This document shows, piece by piece, positions 57,301 to 64,000 of a stretch of 64,000 nt of DNA; position 1 is the first letter of the stretch, and each line of letters begins with the position of its first letter. Under the pieces are notes generated by a model, which was given only the letters and a program-made list of their open reading frames with translations, was not told the origin of the DNA and made no database searches. Where the stretch lies: assembly GCF_006345805.1 (NCBI RefSeq), contig NC_043005.1, positions 21,762,001 through 21,826,000 on the forward strand, read 5' to 3'. Both the position numbers and the translations under genes were made by a program. This DNA is from Octopus sinensis. Its lineage: Eukaryota.

Positions 57301-60300
57301 GTTTATCATTTGAAATAACCAAAAGAAATGGAAAATGCTTCTTATCAAAGAAAACTTCAGATTCCATCAAGAAAATAAAAGCAGACAAAAGCAGGGATTA
57401 CTACCAACGAATTAAATGTAATTATTCTTTGCATTTTATCACTGGAATTTTCTTTTCTGTTATTTCTGAAATTTGTGATTCCATTTGTACTTCATAATAT
57501 ATAAACAACCATTTCTGTTAAGTCATTGACAAATTTACCTATAAAGACAGGCAAAGACATATTCCTGGTATAAGCATTTTTTGGAACTGTAAATATTGTT
57601 AACACATTCTCAAAAAGTTCCAGGACTACTGATGTTTAATAAAAAATAACTTATTTACCTAAGTTTTAATATCATCTCCTTTGAAATAGTCACCTTACGC
57701 AGCAGTACACCAGTTCCAGTTTTCCTGCCACTTTTGGAATCCAGCCTGGAAGTCATTTTCCACAGGCAAGATGAGCACCTTCCGTGATTTGCTCTTGATC
57801 AGTGTTAAATCGGTGACCTTTATCTAATATGCAAACTAACAGAAGTAATGCCATTTTATGTAACTGTGTAACTCCTATATTTTGTGCTAGGTTTAGTGAT
57901 CACAGTATTAGAATACTCATGAATGCTAGGATGACATTGTTAATACAATGAATTCTTCTGGATCAAAAGGAAAAGTGAGCCATTCCTCTGTATATCTACA
58001 AGAAACTTTCATCAGAATTAAATAGCAAACTTCACTGCAATATTTATCCTGGGCAGCCTCAAGAAGTGTGAGTACTTTCACAGATCAGCTTTATACAGAG
58101 ACAATAGCCTAGAAATTTCAAGTAATATACCATGAAAAGATTTAGGACAAACTAGACATGAATTTTTAATAAATTGGATTCAAACATAGTGATTGCTACC
58201 AATCTAATTACATTCAACTAAGTGGACTTTACTTTAGAAATGGTGTTGGGTATCAGCTGAGTAATACTCCAAGTGAAAGTCTAACTACTAGAACACACAC
58301 CTTTATGGGAGTTTCAATTCTTACTTCTAAGCTGTAATAAGAAAGTTAGTCACTGCAATTACTAAAATAAATTCCACTTTATCCTCAGGAATAAATATTT
58401 TTGATAGTATATTTTACAGTACAAGGTGTTAGCAAAGATTGGCTTTAGTGAGAAGTGAATATAAACAGAACAACTTCCAACTCCACACCCAAAATGAATT
58501 AGAAAGGGAAGAAGTTGATTAACTTCACCCTTCAACATAAATGTCTCCATGAGCAAAGCAAGGGAATTTTTTCTTGTATTGGACACCATTTCTCAAGCAA
58601 CACATAAGCACCACAAACATATGAGCCTGCATAGTGTTAAGGTTAGTTCCTCTTATCTGGATGACATGATACCAGCAGTGTATGTTACAATAGGAAAATT
58701 ATACACTTATCCATTGTTTACTCCAGTCACCCACCTGGAACTGCCAAACTCAATCCACCTCTGTGCAAGAAAACTAATTAATTGATTGTTTGATCAACCA
58801 TTCTGATAATCAATGAATCAGTTATGTTTGTCAAGGTCCTTTCATTGCCACTCACAATCTCTTCAGTGTCATATTCCCTCTACATTATGCTTGAGTCAGG
58901 TCTGGCAGTCTTTTAGTTTTTGGTTCAACATCAGTGTGGTTGTATTGGTGTGAGGGCAAATGTATATGAGAAAGGAAGGAACACAGAAAAATGGAGTGTG
59001 TGTGTATGTGAGAATGTACAATTATGCATGTGAGTTTTCATATGTGTGTTTGTGGTTGACTCTGTGAGTACATACATTAGAACGTGTGTGTCTACAAAGG
59101 TGTATATGTGTGTGTGGGGGGGAATGCATTCATAGCTGCACATGGTAAAATGTTTATATCATTGTATCATTTATCTTTTGGGCCTGTCTTTTTGATCGAA
59201 TGGTGGTGCATCTGTAGGCACCAGTGCATGTGATTATGTATACTGTTCTCCTCGGGCCTATCATACCCAAGAAACCCAAAAAGAGTACCTTGGGAAGCAT
59301 CTAGCACATAGCCAACTTTGTCCACCAAAGCATAAAAAACAATGATAGACTACCCTACAATGCATCCAAATAATAGACTTCTTGTCCTTCATACTGAACT
59401 TTATCTAGAAACTATACACAGCAAAGTTCAGCTCCACCATTCTTATTAAATGAAATTCATGGCCCCCCTTGGTATGTAGTTCACAAGAATCCTGCTATAT
59501 TGTACAATATTAAGATAAATATACTCATAACAGTTTTAGTCAGGCTAGTGAATAACATATCTCCCTTGAGTAAACCATATGAAGTAAAGAAACATGTACG
59601 GGGCTTCATGCATTGCATGCAATTCTCAGGCTGCTACAAAAAAGGCAGTGTCAATATGTACATGAGGGCAAAGAATAAATTAGAGGATATAAGTAAGGAA
59701 ACAAATGAGAGGCACAAGGTCTCAAATTTTGTGGGAGGAGACTAGCTAATTACAACAACCCATGTCCATAACTGGTACTTATTTCACTGAACCCAAAAGA
59801 ATGAAAGACAAAGTCAACCTTGATGGAATCAAACTCAGATGGATGAAATACTGCCAAGAACTTTGTCAAGCATGCTAATGAATTTGCCAGCTCAGTATCT
59901 TACACAACAACATTAATATTGAGACTAAAAATAAGGTAGATTAGTCTGAAGCTGACCTGCAATAGAGAAGGTTTGACATTGAGAGGTCACAAATGATGAT
60001 GAAGGGAGACTTTGACAAGCATAACTGTTTCATTGATTAACTGAGTCATGAATCAAACAATTGATCAGTTGGTTAAATATGTAACAAATTGACGAATAAC
60101 ATAGAAGTTAAATTGTAGCAGTGTGTGTTTATTTTTGGCATTATGACCCTCCAGTCAGAAAACAAAACCCTTTTCAACATACAAGTTTATGTCAAGTGTT
60201 TTACAAACCAAATACAAAAGGATTTGAGCAGAGCTGATTCCAACATTGGGACCAACTCCATGCAAGCATGAAGGAACACTGGCAAAGTGTCCTCTAAATC

Positions 60301-62516
60301 AAAACCTTACCTGTCATTACATGTCTGGTTAGTTGCTCACACTTGATCATTGTACCCCACAGGAATTTACAATTCACATTTTTGGTGACTCCTTCTGGTG
60401 TTTTCTCATACCACATCTTTGCTCTTTGTAGGCTGTGATTTCCACAAAACTCCCAATGGAGCATTCTTGCCACATTGTCATGGTGTTTTGTATTTGTGTT
60501 GTGACAATTTCAGGCATTCACCAATGATGTGCCATGCCATTTTACCCCTCTCACCACATTCTGCTTTTGCTGTTATCACTATCAGTAGTGTTGTCTATTC
60601 TGCACTTCATATAGTTGGTCCTTAACCCTTGTTCTTGAACTGCGCATATGAGTACATCTCTATCTTTAGATCACTCCTCCTCATCCATAGCCACTGGTCC
60701 TCTGTATCTATCTTGGTGTTCACATACATCTCTTGCAAAGTGACCATACAATTTCTTTTCTTTCCATGCTTTTTATTTTTTTATTTCTTGTTTAAATTTT
60801 TCTTTTCTTACTCAATTCTCTGTGTTGATGACGCCAACCTTCTTCGTGTGTTTCAACAGTGGCTCCATGACATTCTTTTATATACCACTCTAAGCTGTTT
60901 TCCTTTGCTTCGATACAATCCTGGCAACTGATCAAACTTCTTCCATTCTTTCTTCTGGACAAGTACAACATATTGGTGTCACTCTTAGGATGGCAGGCTC
61001 TATGTGCTGCCAACACTTTTCTGGTCTTGGTATCCATTTTCTTCATTTTACTCTTTTGCCATTTTATGATTCCTGCTCCATACCAAAGTGATGCTATCAC
61101 CCACATATTAACTGCTTGTCTTTTATCCCATCCAGTCAATTTTGAGTGCAACACCAATGTCAATCTTCAGAAATACTCCATCCTCAGTTGTTCTTTCGTT
61201 TCTTTTCCATTATCCCTTTGGACTCTAGTACAACAAGATATTTGTATTCTTCCATTTCGGTTTGTTTAATCAAGTCTTTATTTGGTTATTTTACCCTTGC
61301 TAGGGACTGTACCTTGCCTCTTTTTAGTTAGATTATTCCACACTTCTTGAGTCCAAATTCCATTCTAGTATCAATACTAAAACAGTGGACCATGTTCACC
61401 AAGGAACTCACTTGTGTCTCATCTTTGCCATACAGTTTCAAATCATCCATGAAGATGAGGTGGTTGATTATTTGGGATTTTTCCTTTAGTTGGTACCCCA
61501 GGTTCATTTTCCTAAGTACCAAGGTCAGGAGTAACATGCAAAGGACAAATAGCAATGGAGATAGGTTACCACCTTGGAAAATCCATCTTCTGATACTCAG
61601 GGTGCCCAAGCTTTTTCCATAAGATGTCAGTTCAGTTTTTCATCCCACCATATTTCTCTTCATGAAACATGTTACATTCCTCACAATTCCAAACAGATCT
61701 AAGCACTTGATAATCCATGAATGTGGAATCATATCAAGCTTTGCAATAGTCAATCTAAGCCATTCCCAGATTTGTTCTCCTTCATTGTTCTCTTGCATTA
61801 CCATTTTGTCTATCAATAGTTGATCTTCAGCACCTCTGCATCTCCTTCTACAGCCTTTTTGCTCTGTCAGTAATATATCGTTCTTTCTGCAGTTCCTCCT
61901 GATTGTAACTTCCACATTAATTGTAAGCAGGAAATTGGTCTGTCATTGTAAGCAGCATTTCCCTTTGATGCATCCTTCAGGCACAGCACCATTCATCCTT
62001 TTGTCAACCAGCCATGGATTTCTCCTTCTTCTTATCATTATTATTGATTTGACTCAGGCTTTGTCTTATTCTTGGCAGTATTTTTGTGGGTAATGGATAC
62101 AACCTGTAACCTTAGGTATCTACTAACTTTCAATAGTCTTTCAAGTGTGGGGAGTTTTTGATATCACCTCATATAATAGATATACTATTTTAAAAAATTA
62201 TGTGATGCATGCATCATGTGTTGAGTGTGTGTGGCGGGGTATAAAATGTACTTATTGTTTTCTCTTTTTTTTTTCCTTCCAGCTGATGATACGGAAATTA
62301 AGCTTTCTAAAGTTAGCGCACCTGGACATAATGTTTTAAAGAAACTTCAGAATGTGAACTCAAAGAAGTGTAATGAAGCTTGCCTCCAACATTCAGAATG
62401 TAATTCTTATGAGTACAATAAGAAAGAAAAGGTCTGTGATTTGAGTGATGTGACTCATTTGACTGATAAACTTAAACCCAATAATGGAAATTGGGATATT
62501 TACATCATTGATACAG
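2070..62516 (+). CDS. Multi-exon gene (partial, open at both ends) encoding a tandem Sushi/CCP + PAN/apple + PAN/apple repeat extracellular protein; 17 exons, 1232 codons in window
   Basis: 17 exons, each AG...GT bounded, phase 1-1, length divisible by 3 and stop-free. Junction codons are also stop-free. No signal-peptide or terminal exon was found between units. Confidence 0.85.
5255..5494 (+). CDS. Exon A1, PAN/apple domain (basic type A)
   Basis: aattccag|...|gtaatt; 240 nt; [80 protein letters not shown]. PAN core C-x3-C-x5-C-x-S-F...C-Y-L. Confidence 0.9.
6230..7510 (-). mobile_element. Degenerate R4/Dong-like non-LTR retrotransposon RT fragment
   Basis: Minus-strand ORFs [31 protein letters not shown]...[55 protein letters not shown]. 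Confidence 0.75.
7510..7730 (+). mobile_element. tRNA-derived SINE
   Basis: B-box-like GAGTTCAAATTC, body tttcatccttttggggt.gat.aaataagta, ATT-rich tail; many related copies in the window. Confidence 0.65.
7805..7930 (-). mobile_element. Short RTE 3' tail fragment
   Basis: Reverse complement of the 15040-15190 tail (ggatgcc.ttccta, gtccaacccatg.., (ATG)n). Confidence 0.6.
8502..8735 (+). CDS. Exon B1, PAN/apple domain (type B)
   Basis: tttttccag|...CCAG|gtcagt; 234 nt; [78 protein letters not shown]. Confidence 0.9.
9290..11500 (+). mobile_element. Degenerate RTE LINE with APE endonuclease (ORF 9470-10147) and broken RT
   Basis: [54 protein letters not shown], then [24 protein letters not shown]. 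Begins right after (GT)n and truncates near 11500. Confidence 0.88.
12175..12800 (-). mobile_element. Inverted degenerate RTE 3' fragment
   Basis: Minus [47 protein letters not shown], followed by the family 3' UTR/tail. Confidence 0.75.
12820..15190 (+). mobile_element. Young 5'-truncated RTE LINE: RT ORF 12861-14423 (520 aa) with internal PHD finger, tandem-repeat 3' UTR and (ATG)n tail
   Basis: [45 protein letters not shown] (13524-13535), FRYLG. A small frameshift near 14418 truncates the last codons ([14 protein letters not shown] continues out of frame). Tail aacggacgctaaatgatgatg. Confidence 0.95.
14630..15020 (+). repeat. GC-rich ~60-66 bp tandem repeat (~6 units, alternating variants) in RTE 3' UTR
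   Basis: Unit gtgccggtggcacgtaaaagcaccatccgttcgtggccgttgccagc followed alternately by gccgccccgactgg or ctcgcctg.cc. Confidence 0.8.
15224..18003 (+). mobile_element. Non-autonomous Helitron, copy 1
   Basis: Starts A|TCAATATCTATAAATCTG; ends with hairpin acccgtgcatagagcgggt (17972-17990) + caccttaag + CTAG. Internal ~295 bp subrepeats; no RepHel ORF. Confidence 0.8.
15750..16718 (+). mobile_element. Penelope-like non-autonomous insertion nested in Helitron copy 1, carrying a hammerhead-like motif (16586-16612)
   Basis: Present in copy 1, absent at the matching TA tract of copy 2 (~18670). Contains CTGTTGA-A-GAGC-gcag-GCTC-GAAA-CGT. Confidence 0.5.
18004..19954 (+). mobile_element. Non-autonomous Helitron, copy 2 (head-to-tail with copy 1)
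   Basis: TC start directly after the CTAG of copy 1; hairpin acccactcgtagagcgggt (19923-19941) + caccttaag + CTAG|T; collinear with copy 1. Confidence 0.8.
20217..20387 (+). CDS. Exon S2, Sushi/CCP domain
   Basis: aattccag|...AAAG|gtaaca; 171 nt; [57 protein letters not shown]. Confidence 0.9.
21000..21560 (+). repeat. Unclassified interspersed repeat-like insertion
   Basis: More GC-balanced block with no counterpart in the paralogous S-A introns (41420-42700, 55080-57170). Family not determined. Confidence 0.35.
21570..22490 (+). mobile_element. R4/Dong-like 3' fragments (REL endonuclease C-terminus, 3' UTR, (TAA)n tail)
   Basis: [11 protein letters not shown]...IDI, KY.DLK.E..R.W....K.VPVIVGAL-type remnants, ending ccaaacctgagtcaagtcaaataataataa. 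Confidence 0.6.
22750..24140 (+). mobile_element. Degenerate R4/Dong-like LINE, N-terminal/pre-RT part
   Basis: [86 protein letters not shown]. Confidence 0.75.
24705..24944 (+). CDS. Exon A2, PAN/apple domain (type A)
   Basis: aactctag|...|gtaatt; 240 nt; [80 protein letters not shown]. Confidence 0.9.
25002..25058. repeat. (AAT)n microsatellite
   Basis: Visible; similar tracts at 22435-22490 and (ATT)n at 27497-27575. Confidence 0.95.
25058..27495 (+). mobile_element. Degenerate R4/Dong-like LINE (RT, CCHC motif, REL endonuclease, 3' UTR) flanked by TAA repeats
   Basis: [96 protein letters not shown]...TIPVVIGAL. Confidence 0.85.
27580..27800 (+). mobile_element. tRNA-derived SINE
   Basis: ggcagagttgttagcac...GAGTTCAAATTC...gtaccagttgagcac...tagtagaaaggattgttact. 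Confidence 0.7.
28378..28611 (+). CDS. Exon B2, PAN/apple domain (type B)
   Basis: ttttctag|...CCAG|gtcagt; 234 nt; [78 protein letters not shown]. Confidence 0.9.
29815..30005 (+). mobile_element. tRNA-derived SINE
   Basis: ctggcagaatcgttagcgcgatggacaaaatgcttagtgg...gttctgagttca...aataagtact. Confidence 0.7.
30550..30640. repeat. 30 bp pyrimidine tandem repeat (~3 copies)
   Basis: ttctcttcctttttctcttttcctttccct repeated. Confidence 0.8.
31229..31396 (+). CDS. Exon S3, Sushi/CCP domain (one codon shorter)
   Basis: cacttccag|...AAAG|gtattg; 168 nt; [56 protein letters not shown]. Not in the ORF track. Confidence 0.88.
34244..34483 (+). CDS. Exon A3, PAN/apple domain (type A)
   Basis: aattccag|...|gtaatt; 240 nt; [80 protein letters not shown]. 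Confidence 0.9.
35000..35450 (+). mobile_element. Tx1/L1-like RT relic (plus strand)
   Basis: [21 protein letters not shown]....F...F.SWI.IMY resembles ALINLDQSKAFDRVDH.YL. Confidence 0.55.
35470..36330 (-). mobile_element. Tx1/L1-like C-terminal relic (minus strand)
   Basis: [10 protein letters not shown]...[18 protein letters not shown] and C-terminal ETVLHAFV.C zinc-knuckle remnant. Confidence 0.65.
36360..37010 (+). mobile_element. Cluster of three tandem tRNA-derived SINE copies
   Basis: Three consecutive heads with g/tTTCAAAT- or tttgaattt-type B boxes near 36410, 36615 and 36870, each followed by tttcat...aagta/gagttg bodies. Confidence 0.65.
37697..37930 (+). CDS. Exon B3, PAN/apple domain (type B)
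   Basis: ttatctag|...CCAG|gtcagt; 234 nt; [78 protein letters not shown]. Confidence 0.9.
38700..39420 (-). mobile_element. DNA transposon relic, probably CMC/Chapaev3-like transposase
   Basis: [32 protein letters not shown] and [27 protein letters not shown] on the minus strand, frameshifted. Family assignment is from memory of the motif, not from a search. Confidence 0.6.
39480..39665 (-). mobile_element. Short Helentron/HINE-like non-autonomous element
   Basis: Minus strand: acctctgccttagtgaaggtgaaggt hairpin, (GTTT)n/GTCT, then gatatctcaagaactgctggatggattcaatgaaatttgcag. Confidence 0.4.
40570..40630. repeat. (TA)n microsatellite
   Basis: Directly visible. Confidence 0.95.
41247..41417 (+). 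CDS. Exon S4, Sushi/CCP domain
   Basis: aattccag|...AAAG|gtaaca; 171 nt; [57 protein letters not shown]. Not in the ORF track. Confidence 0.88.
42707..42946 (+). CDS. Exon A4, PAN/apple domain (type A)
   Basis: atgtctag|...|gtaatt; 240 nt; [80 protein letters not shown]. Confidence 0.9.
43748..43981 (+). CDS. Exon B4, PAN/apple domain (type B)
   Basis: ctttctag|...|gtgagt; 234 nt; [78 protein letters not shown]. Confidence 0.88.
44050..45530. repeat. Compound AT-rich microsatellite field including (TA)n, (TG)n and a long (TATG)n at ~45365-45525
   Basis: Directly visible; source of many spurious ORFs. Confidence 0.95.
45790..48620 (-). mobile_element. Degenerate, interrupted RTE LINE (RT region 47850-48620, C-terminus 46200-46620, tails at ~45800 and ~46760)
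   Basis: [10 protein letters not shown]...[27 protein letters not shown] (47978-48223); [13 protein letters not shown]; (CAT)n tails. Confidence 0.75.
49304..49543 (+). CDS. Exon A5, PAN/apple domain (type A)
   Basis: aattccag|...|gtaatt; 240 nt; [80 protein letters not shown]. Confidence 0.9.
52581..52814 (+). CDS. Exon B5, PAN/apple domain (type B)
   Basis: ttatttag|...CCAG|gtcagt; 234 nt; [78 protein letters not shown]. Not in the ORF track. Confidence 0.88.
53390..53690 (+). mobile_element. RTE RT fragment
   Basis: [24 protein letters not shown]...[15 protein letters not shown]. Confidence 0.8.
53690..54715 (-). mobile_element. BovB-like RTE RT fragment (different family from the main RTE)
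   Basis: [77 protein letters not shown]...FGRL. Confidence 0.75.
54906..55076 (+). CDS. Exon S6, Sushi/CCP domain
   Basis: atttccag|...AAAG|gtaaca; 171 nt; [57 protein letters not shown]. Not in the ORF track. Confidence 0.88.
57178..57417 (+). CDS. Exon A6, PAN/apple domain (type A)
   Basis: aaatttag|...|gtaatt; 240 nt; [80 protein letters not shown]. Confidence 0.9.
57605..57830 (-). mobile_element. Mariner-like transposon 3' remnant
   Basis: Minus strand reads [11 protein letters not shown]...(frameshift)...[11 protein letters not shown], like the mariner C-terminus; TIR-like aaaaagttccaggact at ~57612. Confidence 0.55.
60270..61990 (-). mobile_element. Degenerate R4/Dong-like LINE (RT to CCHC region)
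   Basis: [74 protein letters not shown]...[20 protein letters not shown]. Confidence 0.8.
62030..62150 (-). mobile_element. R4/Dong-like 3' UTR fragment shared with 43490-43620
   Basis: Reverse complement of 22330-22435; same fragment and position upstream of B4 and B6. Confidence 0.6.
62283..62516 (+). CDS. Exon B6, PAN/apple domain (type B)
   Basis: ccttccag|...ACAG|gtcagt; 234 nt; [78 protein letters not shown]. Confidence 0.9.
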
Positions 62517-64000
62517 GTCAGTAGAGTATTACCATTTTATTTTTATATGCATGTCTGTATATCTTTATATATATGTATATGAGTGTGTCATATATATATA
62601 TTTGAAAGCATTGGCAATGATAAATCATATTACAGTACTTCATACTCGTGGAGTGCTGTTCTAAAAGCATTTCATTTATGCTTGTGCATGCCAGGCCCTG
62701 CCCCTAAACTAATTCTGCTTCATCAAGCATTCCCAAATCTCATTACACTAACCCACCCGAACACCCATCCATTCATTATTTCTCTATTTGTAGCACTAAT
62801 TGGCACCTGTAATGACTTGAGAGCAGAATTTGCATATATCATTTCCCCCATCCATTCTTTGTACTACCAGGTTCCTCCTTCCCTTCCCCCATCCCCTACT
62901 GGTACCACTTCCATCCTTCATTCTTGTTACCTTCCCTTCCTACATTATTGACATTGGTCACTTCCTGTCTGCCACTTCACTTCTCTCTCCCTCTTCTCTG
63001 CCAAACTCCATCATAACACCTCACATATCTGCTATCAGCCAACCATAAGTACCTCAATATCTCTTTCTCCACTACTCCTACACTTTGCCCTTCCCCCCTC
63101 ATCTTCTGACATCTTCCTAAGCCACATCTATCTTTCTCATCTTATACCCTCTTCATACTGACATTACCCATCAACTGCATATTCACCTTTGTTCATCACT
63201 TACTACGTTCACTTCTAGCCTCATCTGTTTCCATCATTTGCTCTCCCCTCACTTACTTATAAAATTACTTGCCCCTTTCTTCCTCCTCACTGATCCTCTG
63301 TATATATCCTCTCTTATACGCAACTTGTAAATTGTAAATTTTAATCTGGCGACCATTCACTACCATTTTTATTTTCTTCCTAGCTACACTCATCTACCCT
63401 TTCATAATGTGAAAATGTTAGCCATGCACCTATCATGTGTTTAAAAAGTAGAAGTTTAAAAAGTAACACACATTGATATGTATAACAAAAATAAAACAAG
63501 GTAGAAAATGCTAAAATAATTTTATTGCGAAGTACATTTTAGTACCAGTTTCCAGCTTTTAAACTTTTTCAACTAAGAGTAAAATACGAAAAACAATTAA
63601 ATTGGAGAAAAAAATTAAGTGAAATGTTTTGTAAATATTTCCATAGTCTTCAAATAGTCTGTCTCTTGCTCTCTCTCCCTTTGTGAATACTTGGTAGGTA
63701 TGCAGTAGCAAATCTGAAGAAATAGTTTTATGAGTACAAAGAATTGGTTTAGAACAAGAACAAGAATCAGGAGGAGGAGAAGATGAAGAGAAGTAGGAGT
63801 AGGGAAAGAAGGGGAAGAAGGAGAAAACAATGAAAAAGACAAGTGGTGTGACACAGTAAATTGTTCATGACCTAAAAGTGACCTTTTGTGGTCTTAACAG
63901 TGATGGTTGGAATTGTTCTAAATTCTTGTAGTAGTTTCATCTGTGGTGGAAGCATTCAAAAGAAGTTTATATTTTGCTTCTTTGCTCATGCACTGATTAT

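Overview
AT-rich, microsatellite- and retroelement-dense animal genomic DNA. The SINE/RTE repertoire suggests an octopod cephalopod; this is an inference, as no search was run. The window lies inside one large + strand gene whose start and stop are not in view. By hand I found 17 intact, symmetric phase-1/phase-1 exons, each encoding one extracellular domain: Sushi/CCP (S, 168-171 nt), basic PAN/apple type A (240 nt) and PAN/apple type B (234 nt). Their order is S-A-B, S-A-B, S-A-B, S-A-B, A-B, S-A-B (3696 nt, 1232 codons, no stops, all AG/GT-bounded). Odd and even units form two subfamilies, so the real repeat is a six-exon higher-order unit present about three times; the third copy has lost one Sushi exon. 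Exons diverge about as fast as neighbouring introns while keeping the Cys framework, and one intron pair carries a ~900 bp near-identical tract suggestive of gene conversion. The introns hold RTE LINEs (one young copy with a PHD finger inside the RT), R4/Dong-like REL LINEs in TAA repeats, Tx1-like and BovB-like relics, a head-to-tail non-autonomous Helitron pair with a nested Penelope-like hammerhead motif, Chapaev3-like and mariner relics, and tRNA-derived SINEs. All identity figures are hand counts; TE boundaries are approximate.
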